Source of the DNA: Halorarum halobium
Lineage (GTDB): Archaea; Halobacteriota; Halobacteria; Halobacteriales; Haloferacaceae
Length of the DNA: 64,000 nucleotides
Reading direction: 5' to 3'
Assembly (NCBI RefSeq): GCF_032116555.1
Contig: NZ_CP134949.1
Coordinates: forward strand, 2,666,001-2,730,000
A program made the translations under genes and the position numbers. A model generated the notes under the pieces. The model made no database searches. It saw only the letters and a list, made by a program, of their open reading frames with translations, and was not told the origin of the DNA. Positions 9,927-20,088 of the stretch are shown piece after piece; position 1 is the first letter of the stretch, and each line of letters opens with the position of its first letter.

Positions 9927-11078
9927 TTAGAACAGCCGGTCGCTCGCCACGCTCGCGCCCTCGACGAGCGATTCGAGCTTCGCCCACGCGATCTCGGGGT
10001 CGACCATCGCCAGCCCCGCCTGCGTGTCGAAGCCGCAGTCGGGCGCGGCGACGACGCGGGTCGGATCGCCGACGGCGTCGGCCACCCGTTCGAGCCGGTC
10101 GGCGACCGTCTCCGGGTGTTCGATGACGTTCGTCTTCACGTCGACGACGCCCGGCATGAGGTACCAGCCGTCGGGCAGGGGGTGCTCGGCGAACGCGCGG
10201 TACTCGTGCTGGTGGCGCGGGTTCGCCTGCTCGATGCTGATGCCGGTGACGTCGAGGTCGTACAGCTCCGGGAGCACCTTCTCGAGTTCGACGTCCCGGT
10301 GGTGTGGCCCCTCGTAGCTCCCCCAGCAGGTGTGGAGGCGGAGCTGCTCGTCCGGGACGTCGGCGACGGCCTCGTTCAGCGCCTCGACGTGGAGCCGGAT
10401 GATCCCCTTCAGCGTCTCGAGGGACTTGTCCTGCGGGCCGCGGTGGCCCGACGCGAGCAGCTCGGGCGCGTCGAGCTGGAGGGTCGCGCCCGTCTCGGCG
10501 ATCAGTTCGTACTCCTCGCGGAGCGCGTCCGCGAGCGCGAAGACGAACTCGCGGTGCGAGCCGTAGTGGTCGTCGAACAGCGAGGCGGCGGCGACGCCCG
10601 GGGCGGCGGCCGTGATGAACGTCTCCTCGGGCTCGACGTCCGTCGCCGCGAGCAGGTCGAAGAACGCGTCGAGCTCCTCCCGTGCCGCGTCGGCCCCGAC
10701 GTACTCGACCGGCTCGACGACCGCGGGCTGGCTCCGCAGGTCGATGGCGTCGGTGACGAACTCCGTCTCGGCGTACTCCGGGTAGTCCTGGAGGTCGTCC
10801 CACAGCGGCGCCTCGCGGGTGCCGCCGATCCCCGACACCCGGTTGGCCACGTACCAGTTGAACGAGACGCGGGGCTGCTCGCCGTTGTTGATGACGTCGA
10901 GTCCGACCGCGTCCTGTCGCTCGATGACGGTCTCGGTTGCCTCGCGCACCGCGCGCGACCACTCGTCGGCGTCGACGTCCTCCCCGGCGTCCCGACGCTT
11001 CAACAGCTCGCGCAGTTCCGGCGGGCGCGGCAGGCTCCCGACGTGTGTCGTCCGTATCCGGTCGGTTGGTTCGGCCAT
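9927..11078 (-). CDS. Cobalamin-independent methionine synthase II family protein (catalytic domain only)
   Basis: TTHVGSLPRP, LQLDAP, Zn ligands HTCWG, IEQANPRH, APDCGF. Confidence 0.88.
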   Translation of the reverse strand: MAEPTDRIRTTHVGSLPRPPELRELLKRRDAGEDVDADEWSRAVREATETVIERQDAVGLDVINNGEQPRVSFNWYVANRVSGIGGTREAPLWDDLQDYPEYAETEFVTDAIDLRSQPAVVEPVEYVGADAAREELDAFFDLLAATDVEPEETFITAAAPGVAAASLFDDHYGSHREFVFALADALREEYELIAETGATLQLDAPELLASGHRGPQDKSLETLKGIIRLHVEALNEAVADVPDEQLRLHTCWGSYEGPHHRDVELEKVLPELYDLDVTGISIEQANPRHQHEYRAFAEHPLPDGWYLMPGVVDVKTNVIEHPETVADRLERVADAVGDPTRVVAAPDCGFDTQAGLAMVDPEIAWAKLESLVEGASVASDRLF

Positions 11079-11165
11079 GACTCGTGTTCCGGCCGGGATG
11101 ACGACGCGCTCGAATATGACTTTTGGGAGTATCCGACGCCGATACTATTCTTGGAAGTAATTAAA

Positions 11166-12137
11166 TCACGTCGACTGCTCGGTGCCGATGCCCGCCTCGC
11201 GGGCCGCCCCGTACAGCTCGGTCGCGGCGGCGACGTCCAGGACGGCGCTGCCGACGCTCTCGACCACGATGATCTCGTCGGCGGACTCACGGCCCGCGCT
11301 CCCGTCGAACAGCCTCGCCATGGGTAGCAGGTCTCCGACGGTCAGGTCGGTCGCGGCGACGTCGCCGACCTCGACCACCTCCTCGGGCACGTCCGCGAAC
11401 ACCCGCGCGGCGCGGTCGAAGACGGCCGATTCGAGCTCCTGCATCCCCGACTCGTAGGCCCCGACGGCGACGACGAGCGTTCCGGGCGCGAGCGCCTCGG
11501 CCGGGAACACCGGTTCGGTGCTCGTCGTCGCCGTGACCACCACGGTCGCGTCCGCCACCGCCTCGGCGGGCGAGTCGGCCGCACGCGCCGGAATCCCCTC
11601 CTCGCGGAGGTCGGCGGCACAGTCGTGTTTCGAGTCGCTGGGCGAGTACACCGCGACGGACTCGACCTCGGTCAGCGTCGCGATGGCGCGGGTCTGCCAG
11701 CGGGCCTGTGCCCCCGCGCCGAGCACGGCGAGCCTGATCGGTTCGGGTGCGAGCTCCCGGACGGCGAGCCCGCCGATGCAGCCGGTGCGGGCGTTCGTGA
11801 CGCGAGCGCCGTCCATGAACGAGACGGGCCGGCCGGTCCGGGCGTCCGAGAGGACGATCTGTGCGTGCAGCGTCGGCAGCCCCCGGGCGGCGTTCCCGTC
11901 GTGGAGGCTGACGAGCTTGGTGGCGAAGTAGTCGCCGCCGTGGACGTACGCCGGCATCGCCAGCCCCGTTCCGAGCGGCTCCTCGGAGTCGAGCCCGGTT
12001 CCGACCGGGTAGTGGGGGCGCTCCGGTCGTTCGACGCTGCCTGCGGCCTGCTTCACGAGCGCGTCCTCGACGACCGGCGCGAGCGAGTCGAGTTCGAGCA
12101 CCCGCTCGAGGTCGCCGTCGGAGAGGAACAGTACCAT
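11166..12137 (-). CDS. Ornithine cyclodeaminase/mu-crystallin family protein
   Basis: True start ATG 12137 (MVLFLSDGDL); AMPAY, ATKLVS, TNARTG, LGAGAQARWQ, ESVGSAVLD. Confidence 0.9.
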   Translation of the reverse strand: MVLFLSDGDLERVLELDSLAPVVEDALVKQAAGSVERPERPHYPVGTGLDSEEPLGTGLAMPAYVHGGDYFATKLVSLHDGNAARGLPTLHAQIVLSDARTGRPVSFMDGARVTNARTGCIGGLAVRELAPEPIRLAVLGAGAQARWQTRAIATLTEVESVAVYSPSDSKHDCAADLREEGIPARAADSPAEAVADATVVVTATTSTEPVFPAEALAPGTLVVAVGAYESGMQELESAVFDRAARVFADVPEEVVEVGDVAATDLTVGDLLPMARLFDGSAGRESADEIIVVESVGSAVLDVAAATELYGAAREAGIGTEQST

Positions 12138-12296
12138 GCCGGTCGGGACGGAACCCGTCGGGTTAGGTCTTCCTGCCCCGTCCGCGAGGGCCCGGCGACG
12201 ACTCGATCGCCGGTCGCCCTGGACGTGACGACGGTCACGGTCGGCGAGCCCGCGTGGGAGTACACTTATTCGGGTCCGACGCGGACCGGCGTACGT

Positions 12297-13460
12297 ATGG
12301 AGACCGTCGTCGTCGGGGGAGGAATCGTCGGGCTCTCGTCGGCGTACTACCTCGCTCGTGCGGGGGCCGACGTGACCCTCTGTGAGGCAGGCGCGCTCGG
12401 GACCAGAAGCACCGCCCGCTCCGCCGGCGGCATCAGGTCGCAGTTCTCGACGCCGGTCAACGTCGAACTCTCGCTCGCTAGCCGCGAGGTGTGGGACACG
12501 TTCGAGGCGGCGTTCGGCGTCGACATGGCCTACCGGAAGCACGGCTACCTGTTCCTCGCGCGGGAGGAGGCGACCGCCGACCGGTTCCGCGAGAACGTCG
12601 CGATGCAGAACGATCTGGGCGTCGACAGCGAACTGCTCTCGCCCGCCGAGGCGACCGACCACTGTCCCGAACTCGACCCGGGGCGCTTCGTCGCGGCCAC
12701 CTACAACGCCGCCGACGGCTACGCCGACCCGAACCTCGCGGTCCAGGGGTACGCCACCGCGGCCCGGGAGGCCGGCGCGGACATCCGCACGAAGACGCCC
12801 GTGACGGACGTGCTCTCCGAGGAACGCGGCGGGGAGCCGACCGTGACGGGCGTGGAGACGGCGGCCGAGCGGATCGAGGCGGACGCCGTCGTCAACGCGG
12901 CCGGCGCGTGGTCGGCAGAGCTCGCGTCGATGGCGGGCGTCGACCTGCCGATCCGCCCGCGCCGCCGCCAGGTCGCGGTGGTCGACCCGACCGAGGACCT
13001 CCCCGAGGACGTCCCCCTCACCATCGACCTCGACACGGGGTCGTACTTCCGGCCCGAGCGGGAGGGGACCGCGCTCGTCGGCGGCCACTTCGGCGGCCCG
13101 GACCCGGACGTCGACCCGGACGGCTACTCGACGTCGATGGACATCGAGTGGGCCGCGACGGCCGTCGAGCACGCCGCGGACTACGTGGGCTACTTCGACG
13201 GCGACTCGCGCATCGAGCGCGGCTGGGCCGGGCTGTACGCGGTGACGCCCGACCACCACGCGATCCTCGAGGAGACCGTGCCGGGACTGATCACCGCCGC
13301 GGGCTTTTCGGGCCACGGCTTCCAGCACGCGCCGGCGACGGGGCAACTGGTCGCGGAGCTCTGCGTCGACGGCGAGGCCTCGCTCGTGGACGTCGACGCG
13401 CTGTCGAGCGACCGGTTCGGCGACGAGGGCGAGGAACTCGTCGAGCGGAACGTCGCCTGA
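12297..13460 (+). CDS. FAD-dependent oxidoreductase (sarcosine oxidase beta / D-amino-acid oxidase family)
   Basis: VVVGGGIVGLS, STARSAGGIRSQF, WAGLYAVTPDHH, GFSGHGFQHAPA; ATG 12297. Confidence 0.92.
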   Translation: METVVVGGGIVGLSSAYYLARAGADVTLCEAGALGTRSTARSAGGIRSQFSTPVNVELSLASREVWDTFEAAFGVDMAYRKHGYLFLAREEATADRFRENVAMQNDLGVDSELLSPAEATDHCPELDPGRFVAATYNAADGYADPNLAVQGYATAAREAGADIRTKTPVTDVLSEERGGEPTVTGVETAAERIEADAVVNAAGAWSAELASMAGVDLPIRPRRRQVAVVDPTEDLPEDVPLTIDLDTGSYFRPEREGTALVGGHFGGPDPDVDPDGYSTSMDIEWAATAVEHAADYVGYFDGDSRIERGWAGLYAVTPDHHAILEETVPGLITAAGFSGHGFQHAPATGQLVAELCVDGEASLVDVDALSSDRFGDEGEELVERNVA

Positions 13461-13553
13461 GCGGTCGCGTCGGCAGAGCCGGCCGTGACGGTCGAGCGGT
13501 CGGACGGTCACGCCGACGGTACCGTTTTCATGCGAGCGCGCCGTTTCCCCCGT

Positions 13554-14045
13554 ATGTCGGTCGAGGTTCGTCCCGCCCGACGGGACGACGTGGACGGGCT
13601 GTGCCGGGTCGCCGAGCGCGCCTGGCACGTCGCGCACGCCCCGATCATCGGGGGCGACGCGGTCGAGTCGTTCCTGAACGAGCACTACGACGCCGAGTCG
13701 TTCCGCGCGCTCGTCGCGGCCGACGCGGTGGTTCTGCGGGCCGCGCTGGGAAGCGACGGCGTCGTCGGCTTCGTCTCGGCGCGGCCCCGCGAGGGCGGGG
13801 CGACGTTCGACCTCGGGCGCATCTACGTCCACCCGGATCGGTGGGGCGAGGGGATCGGCGGGCGACTGCTCGACCGGGCCGAAACGGCGGTCCGTGAGCG
13901 CGGCGGCGACCGGATCGAACTCGGCGTCATGGCCGAGAACGACCGCGCCGTCGCGTTCTACGAGTCGGCCGGCTACGACCGCGTCGGCGAGTTCTACGAC
14001 GACCGGATCGACGCCGACGGGTACACGTACGCGAACGAACTGTGA
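13554..14045 (+). CDS. GNAT acetyltransferase
   Basis: RIYVHPDRWGEGIGGRLL and NDRAVAFYESAGY motifs. Confidence 0.9.
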   Translation: MSVEVRPARRDDVDGLCRVAERAWHVAHAPIIGGDAVESFLNEHYDAESFRALVAADAVVLRAALGSDGVVGFVSARPREGGATFDLGRIYVHPDRWGEGIGGRLLDRAETAVRERGGDRIELGVMAENDRAVAFYESAGYDRVGEFYDDRIDADGYTYANEL

Positions 14046-14136
14046 GAGCCGCTCCGGGTCGCAGTTCGACCGGGACCGAAGAGTGTCGCCGATACGACCA
14101 ACTGTCCCCACCCCGAGAGCCGACCGTGGACTCACC

Positions 14137-15006
14137 ATGAGCCTCACAATCGACCACGTCACGGTCGCCGGCCGCGACCTGGACGCGCTCGCCGAGGCGT
14201 TCACCGAGGCCGGCCTCGCCGCCGAGTACGGCGGCACCCACTCGAACGGCGTCACGCACATGGCGAGCGTCGGGTTCCGGGACGGCAGCTACGTCGAACT
14301 CGTCTCGACGGTCGAGTCCGACGCCGACTCGTCGTGGTGGGACGACCCGATCCACGAAAACGGCGGGCCGTGCGGCTGGGCCGTCCGCGCGGACGACATC
14401 GACGCCGAGACCGAGCGGCTCCGCGAGCGGGGCGTCGCCGTCGACGGCCCGCACGGCTACGAGCGCGAGCGGCCCGACGGATCCCGCGTCGCGTGGGACC
14501 TCGCGTTTCTCGACGACCGCGCGGACCCCGGCGCGACGCTCCCCTTTCTCATCTCCGACCGGACGCCCCGCGAGCGCCGCGTCGAGCCGACCGGCGAACT
14601 CGCGGGCTCGCCGGTCCGCGGCGTCGACACGGTGGTTCTCGGGGTACCCGATCTCGCTGCGGCGCGCGACCGCCTCACGGCCGCCTTCGACCTCGCCGAT
14701 CCCGAGCGCGGGCGACTTCCGTCGATGGACGTCGAACTGGCCCGCTTCGCGGACGCGCCGGTCGCGCTGACAGAACCGACGGGTGACGGCCCGCTCGCCG
14801 ACCGGCTCGACCGGTTCGGGCCGCGACCGGTCGCCTACCTGCTCGGCGTCGACGGCGGTGGCGACGGCGACGCCGGCGAGGGTAATCCCTTCGCGGACGT
14901 GGAGTTCGAGATCGACGGCCGGGAGTCATTCAAGAGCGGAACGGTGGGCTGGCTTCCGCTGACCGAACCTGTCGGTCGGCCGTACGTCGGGTTGATCGAC
15001 GGCTAA
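14137..15006 (+). CDS. VOC/glyoxalase-like protein
   Basis: IDHVTVAGRDL, GGTHSNGVTHMA, YVELV, LPFLISD. Confidence 0.85.
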   Translation: MSLTIDHVTVAGRDLDALAEAFTEAGLAAEYGGTHSNGVTHMASVGFRDGSYVELVSTVESDADSSWWDDPIHENGGPCGWAVRADDIDAETERLRERGVAVDGPHGYERERPDGSRVAWDLAFLDDRADPGATLPFLISDRTPRERRVEPTGELAGSPVRGVDTVVLGVPDLAAARDRLTAAFDLADPERGRLPSMDVELARFADAPVALTEPTGDGPLADRLDRFGPRPVAYLLGVDGGGDGDAGEGNPFADVEFEIDGRESFKSGTVGWLPLTEPVGRPYVGLIDG

Positions 15007-15043
15007 AGAGGACCCGCGAACCGTCCGCCGGGACGGCCCGGGG

Positions 15044-15748
15044 TCAGCCGCCGAGGAACTGCTGGCGGACCTCCTCGTCGGTCAGCAGCACCTCGCCGTC
15101 GTCCTCGTAGCGGTTCTCGCCGCTGGCGAGGACGTAGCCCCGGTCACAGCGTCGGAGCGCCTCCTTGGCGTTCTGCTCGACCATCAGCACCGACGTGCCG
15201 CCGTCGTTGACGGCGTCGATGCGGTCGAACATCTCGTCCACGAGGTCCGGCGCGAGCCCTGCCGACGGCTCGTCGAGCAGCAGCAGGTCCGGGTCGAGCA
15301 TGAGCGCACAGCCCATCGCGAGCATCTGCTGTTGCCCGCCCGAGAGCGAGCCGGCGCGCTCGTCGAGGCGCTCCTCGAGGACGGGGAAGCGCTCGAACAC
15401 CGCCCGCTTGCGGTCCTCGGACACCTCGTCCTCGACGTACGCGCCGAGCCGGAGGTTCTCCTCGACGGTGAGCGAGGGGAACACGTTCTCCGTCTGGGGG
15501 ACGTAGCTCAGGCCGCGCCGGATGACCTGCTCGGGGGCGAGCCCCGTGATGTCCTCGCCGTCGAACGAGATGCTGCCGTCGAAGCGGTCGGCGAGCCCGA
15601 ACACCGCCTTCATCGCGGTGGACTTGCCCGCGCCGTTCGGCCCGACGACGGCGACGTACTCGCCGGCCTCGACGGTGAGGTCGACGTCGTACAGCACCTG
15701 GAGGTCGCCGTAGCCGGCGTCGAGGTCGACGACGTCCAGCAGCGTCAC
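15044..15748 (-). CDS. livF: Branched-chain amino acid-type ABC transporter ATPase
   Basis: GPNGAGKST, LSGGQQQML, LDEPSAGLAP, VEQNA. Confidence 0.92.
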   Translation of the reverse strand: MTLLDVVDLDAGYGDLQVLYDVDLTVEAGEYVAVVGPNGAGKSTAMKAVFGLADRFDGSISFDGEDITGLAPEQVIRRGLSYVPQTENVFPSLTVEENLRLGAYVEDEVSEDRKRAVFERFPVLEERLDERAGSLSGGQQQMLAMGCALMLDPDLLLLDEPSAGLAPDLVDEMFDRIDAVNDGGTSVLMVEQNAKEALRRCDRGYVLASGENRYEDDGEVLLTDEEVRQQFLGG

Positions 15749-15830
15749 CCTGCCACCTCCGCGGCTGGCGACTCGAACCCCGTCCTGGGTCGTGGGTCGG
15801 TTCCGGTCGTGGGTCGTGTATCCTGCATGG

Positions 15831-16586
15831 TCACTCTCCGAGGTAGGCGTCGATGACGCGGTCGTCGGCCAGCACGTCCGCTGGGCTCCCGTCCACGAGC
15901 ACGGAGCCCTGCTGGAGGACGACGAGGCGGTCGACGAGTTCGGTCAGCGTCTCCAGTTCGTGCTCGATGACGACGACCGTCATCCCGTCCTCGTTGAGCT
16001 CCCGGATGAACGACGCGATCTCGTTCGTGAGCGTCGGGTTGACGCCCGCGAACGGTTCGTCGAGCAGGAGGAGATCGGGATCGAGCATCAGCACGCGCGC
16101 GAGTTCGAGCAGCTTCCGCTGGCCGCCAGAGAGGTTGCTGGCGTACTCGTCGGCCAGGTGGTCGAGCTCGAACGTCTCGATGAGCTCGTCGGCGCGTGCG
16201 GCGACCTCGCGTTCGGTCTCCCGCATCTCGCCCGTCCGGGCCAGCGCCGCGACCGCGCGTTCGCCGGGCTGGTCGGGCGCGGCGAGCCGGACGTTCTCCC
16301 GGACGGTCATGGTGTCGAGCTGTCGGGTGTGCTGGAACGTCCGCACGAGCCCCTGTCGGGCGACGACCTCCGGCTGCTTCCCGGTGACGTCGTCGCCGTC
16401 GAACACGACGGAGCCGGCGTCCGGGGCGACGACGCCGCTGACGCAGTTGAACAGCGTCGACTTCCCAGCGCCGTTCGGCCCCATCACGCCGACGAGTTCC
16501 CCGTCGTCGACCGACAGCGAGAGGTCGTGGATGGCGATCAGGCCGCCGAACTTCTTGCGGAGCTCGTCGACCTCGAGGAGGCTCAC
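15831..16586 (-). CDS. livG: Branched-chain amino acid-type ABC transporter ATPase
   Basis: GTG start at 16586 (VSLLEVDELRKKFGG); GPNGAGKST, LSGGQRKLLE, DEPFAGVNP, VIDAYLG. Confidence 0.92.
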   Translation of the reverse strand: MSLLEVDELRKKFGGLIAIHDLSLSVDDGELVGVMGPNGAGKSTLFNCVSGVVAPDAGSVVFDGDDVTGKQPEVVARQGLVRTFQHTRQLDTMTVRENVRLAAPDQPGERAVAALARTGEMRETEREVAARADELIETFELDHLADEYASNLSGGQRKLLELARVLMLDPDLLLLDEPFAGVNPTLTNEIASFIRELNEDGMTVVVIEHELETLTELVDRLVVLQQGSVLVDGSPADVLADDRVIDAYLGE

Positions 16587-17650
16587 GTGTCCACCCCCAG
16601 CTCGTCCGGGTCGCCCCAGATGCCCGCCGGCCGGTACCTGATGACGAGCACGAGGATCATGCCGACGACGATGAGCCGGACCGACGCGAACGTGCCCGCG
16701 GTGACCGGGATCGCCTCGTTGGCGAACCGGGAGACGAGCCGCAGGCCCATTATGATCGCGAGCCCGCCCAGCACCGCGCGGTGGTTCCCAGCGCCGCCGA
16801 GCAGCATCCCGATCCACACCGTCACGGTCACCTGAATGGTGAAAAAGCCCGGCGCGACCGCGCCGTTGTACAGCGCGAACAGCCCGCCGGCGAGGCCGGC
16901 GAGCGCGGCGCCGTAGACGAACGCGGCCATCTTGTACCGGAGCGTGGACTTCCCGACCGAGCGCGTGACGAGCTCGTCGGCCCGGATGGCCCGCAGCACC
17001 CGCCCGTACGGGGCCTCCGTGAGTCGCGTGAGCGCCGCGTACGTGAGCAGCATGAGGCCGGCAAACAGCACGAGCGTCGCCAGCAGCGCGGTGTCGAAGT
17101 CGCCCGCGAGCTCGTCGAGCGGCCGCGGGATGCTGAGGATGCCGGTGTTCCCGCCGAACGTGCCGTCGAAGTTGACGGTGACGTTGTGGAAGATCTCGGC
17201 GGCCGCGAGCGTCGCGATGGCGAGGAAGTCGTCCCGTAGCCGGAGCGACGTCGCGCCGATGACGCCGCCGACGACGGCCGCCGCGAGCACGCCCGCGACC
17301 AGCGCGAGCGGCCACGGGTAGCCGAGGCTCACGCCCGAGAACGAGTCGACGGCCGACAGCATCGCGACCGTGTACGCGCCGACGGCGAAGAACACGACGT
17401 GCCCGAAGTTCACGAGCCCGGTGTGGCCGTACTGCAGGTCGAGCCCGAGCACGAGGATGCCGTAGAGGCCGAACAGGACGCCGACCTCGACGAACACGCT
17501 GAGCGGCCCGGGGATGGGCGTCGTGACCGGCAGCCACGCGACCAGGAGCGCCACGACGACGGCGAGCAGGCCGCCCGCCGCCGCCGTCGCGCCGTCCCCC
17601 TCGGGGAGCCGCCGACCGACGGTGTCTGGGAGCCGATCGCTGACGCTCAC
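16583..17650 (-). CDS. livM: Branched-chain amino acid-type ABC permease
   Basis: GHTGLVNFGH, LRLRDDFLAIATL, YGRVLRAIRADE, YRPAGIWG. Confidence 0.92.
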   Translation of the reverse strand: MSVSDRLPDTVGRRLPEGDGATAAAGGLLAVVVALLVAWLPVTTPIPGPLSVFVEVGVLFGLYGILVLGLDLQYGHTGLVNFGHVVFFAVGAYTVAMLSAVDSFSGVSLGYPWPLALVAGVLAAAVVGGVIGATSLRLRDDFLAIATLAAAEIFHNVTVNFDGTFGGNTGILSIPRPLDELAGDFDTALLATLVLFAGLMLLTYAALTRLTEAPYGRVLRAIRADELVTRSVGKSTLRYKMAAFVYGAALAGLAGGLFALYNGAVAPGFFTIQVTVTVWIGMLLGGAGNHRAVLGGLAIIMGLRLVSRFANEAIPVTAGTFASVRLIVVGMILVLVIRYRPAGIWGDPDELGVDT

Positions 17651-18561
17651 GCCTCACGCACCTCCTGGCCGGCGATGCCGCTCGGTTTCACGAGCAGGAC
17701 CAGCACGAGCACGAGGAACGCCATCGCCGACGAGACGCCGGTCATCGACGCCGGCAGGAACGCCGTCGACAGCGCCAGCACCAGCCCGATGACGTACGCG
17801 CCCGCGATGGCGCCGTACGGGCTGCCGGCGCCGCCGAGGATGGCGGCGGCCAGGATCTGCAGGATCTGACTGAACCCCGTGCTGACGCTGACGTTCGTCT
17901 GCACGCCGAGCAGGACGCCCGCCAGCCCGGCGAGCATGCCCGCGAGCACCCACACCGCGTTCCGGATGAGCTGGGTGTCGATGCCGCGGACGCGCGCGAG
18001 GTCGACGTCGTCGCTCATCGCGCGCATGGCGATGCCGACGTCGGTGCGCGTCAACAGCGCGTGCAACGCGAGGAACACCACGAGCGCGGACCCGATGACG
18101 ACGAGGTGCTCGGACGTGACGAAGAAGTCACCCAGCAGGTCGACGGGGCCGATCGGAACCTCGGGGATCCCCCGGAACTGGTAGGTCACGGTGTCGACGT
18201 CGAACCGGCGCGCGCTCCGGCCCGCGCCGAGCCGGATGACGTTCCGGAGCACGAGGCCGAGGCCGATCGACGTCAGCAGCATCGGCACCGGTCCCGTGTG
18301 GTTGATTGGCGTGAAGAACGCCTTGGCGAGCAGGAGGCTGACGACGCCGGCGCCCGCCATCGCCACGAGGACCGCGGCCGGCAGCGGGAGCGGGAGCGCC
18401 GTCGCGGCCACGAACCCGACGAACGCGCCGATCGTGAGGTACTCGCCGTACGCGAAGTTGATCATGTTCACGATGCCGTAGATCATCGTGAACCCGATCG
18501 CGGCGATGGCGATGTAGGACCCCTGGACGAGCCCGAAGATGACGTTCTGAACCAGGCCCAT
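17647..18561 (-). CDS. livH: Branched-chain amino acid-type ABC permease
   Basis: GFTMIYGIVNMINFAYGE, AAILGGAGSPYGA, LLVKPSGI. Confidence 0.92.
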   Translation of the reverse strand: MGLVQNVIFGLVQGSYIAIAAIGFTMIYGIVNMINFAYGEYLTIGAFVGFVAATALPLPLPAAVLVAMAGAGVVSLLLAKAFFTPINHTGPVPMLLTSIGLGLVLRNVIRLGAGRSARRFDVDTVTYQFRGIPEVPIGPVDLLGDFFVTSEHLVVIGSALVVFLALHALLTRTDVGIAMRAMSDDVDLARVRGIDTQLIRNAVWVLAGMLAGLAGVLLGVQTNVSVSTGFSQILQILAAAILGGAGSPYGAIAGAYVIGLVLALSTAFLPASMTGVSSAMAFLVLVLVLLVKPSGIAGQEVREA

Positions 18562-18564
18562 TCT

Positions 18565-19854
18565 CTAGTATTCGCCTTCGGGGACGAACTCCTGGAGCTC
18601 CTGGGCCGTGATGGTGTCGATCTGTGTGAACTCCTGGTCCTGGACCTGGTTGATGACGACCGAGCCGAGCACGTTCCCGAACTGCGTGAAGCTCACGTCG
18701 GTCGCGGCACCCTGGTAGTTGATCTCGTCGCCGTTCGCGAGCGCCTCCTTCCCCTCGGTGAAGTCGGCGACCTCCGTCCCGGGGCCGCGGCTGACCGGGC
18801 CGAGGTTCTGCTCGACGGCCTCCGCGGTGGCCTCGCCCGCCCGCTCGATGGCGAGCGCGGTGACGATGGTGGCGTCCCACGCCGGGGCCGTCCACGCGTT
18901 GATCTCGGCGTCGCCCTCGCCGGCCTGGTAGGCGCTCTCGAACGCCGAGTAGTTCGGCCCGGACTCGCCCGGGCTGGCGGCCCACGCGCCGTTGAGTGGT
19001 TCGCCGACGGCGTCGATGAGGTCCTGCTGTGCGAGCGGGTCCGAGAGGATCGGCTGGCGGCCGTAGCCGCCGTCCGCCCAGTCGCTCATCAGCGTGGTCG
19101 CGTCCTCCAGCGGGAGGCTCACCGCGAACGCCGAGAAGTCGCTCTCGAACAGGCGGTCGAGCGCGGACTGGTAGCTCGAGGAGCCCTGGCTCACCTCGAC
19201 CTGTTCGGCGACGGTGCCGTCGTTCGCCTCGTAGGCGTTCCGGAAGCCGTTCACCCACGAGCGGGCACCCTCGGTGTTCCCGTTGATGATGCCGACCGTG
19301 TCGTGGTCCTCGTCGAGCGCGCGCAGCGCCGCGCCCGCGGTGTGGACGGTGTCGCTGATGACGGTGCGCCAGATCCACTCGTCGTCCGAGACGTCCTCCG
19401 GCGTCCCGTGGTCACCGCCGCGGGTGTCGAGGAAGTTCGACCCGGGCCAGGGCGTGATGACGGGCGTGGCCTGATCCTGGATGAAGTCGTACAGGGGGTT
19501 GAGTTCGCTGGAGAACAGCCCCAGCAGCGCGACCGCGTCGTCGTTCTCGAGGAGTTGCGTGACGACGGTGCGGGCCTCCTGGGGTTCCACCGCGGTGTCG
19601 CGGCGCTCGATGGCGAGTTCGCGGCCGTCGAGCAGTCCCGCGTCGTTGATCTGCTGGACGGCGACGTCGGTCGCCTTCGAGACGCCGGGCTGGAGGAAGT
19701 CCCACTGCCCGGTGAGCGCGGCCGGCTGGCCGATGGTGACGGCGCCGCCACCGCCGCCCAGCCCCAGACAGCCCGCCGTCGCGGCGAGCCCACCGGCCCC
19801 GACTCCCTTCAGTAACGTACGCCTATTGACAGTACCTGTGTGGTTCGCTACCAT
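18565..19854 (-). CDS. ABC substrate-binding lipoprotein (LivJ/K family, Tat signal)
   Basis: NRRTLLK Tat motif with lipobox TAGC; AVQQINDAG; first gene of the liv operon. Confidence 0.9.
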   Translation of the reverse strand: MVANHTGTVNRRTLLKGVGAGGLAATAGCLGLGGGGGAVTIGQPAALTGQWDFLQPGVSKATDVAVQQINDAGLLDGRELAIERRDTAVEPQEARTVVTQLLENDDAVALLGLFSSELNPLYDFIQDQATPVITPWPGSNFLDTRGGDHGTPEDVSDDEWIWRTVISDTVHTAGAALRALDEDHDTVGIINGNTEGARSWVNGFRNAYEANDGTVAEQVEVSQGSSSYQSALDRLFESDFSAFAVSLPLEDATTLMSDWADGGYGRQPILSDPLAQQDLIDAVGEPLNGAWAASPGESGPNYSAFESAYQAGEGDAEINAWTAPAWDATIVTALAIERAGEATAEAVEQNLGPVSRGPGTEVADFTEGKEALANGDEINYQGAATDVSFTQFGNVLGSVVINQVQDQEFTQIDTITAQELQEFVPEGEY

Positions 19855-20088
19855 GACGGTGAATCCACTCGGGTAAAGGGGGAAATACCCCTACCCGTCC
19901 ATGGTCGGGTCCCGGAATGCACGACCGGGGTGGGTTTCCCCGATTTCCCGGTTAGTTATTCCTCGGGTCGGGTGGAAAAGTTCCGATCGTCCACGCTTCG
20001 CGCGACGACGCCGGCCGTTCGGCCGTTCGTCGCTTCGCTCGCGAGGCTGGCCGCCCGATCGTGAAAGCGGGCGTGTGCGGGGTTCGTG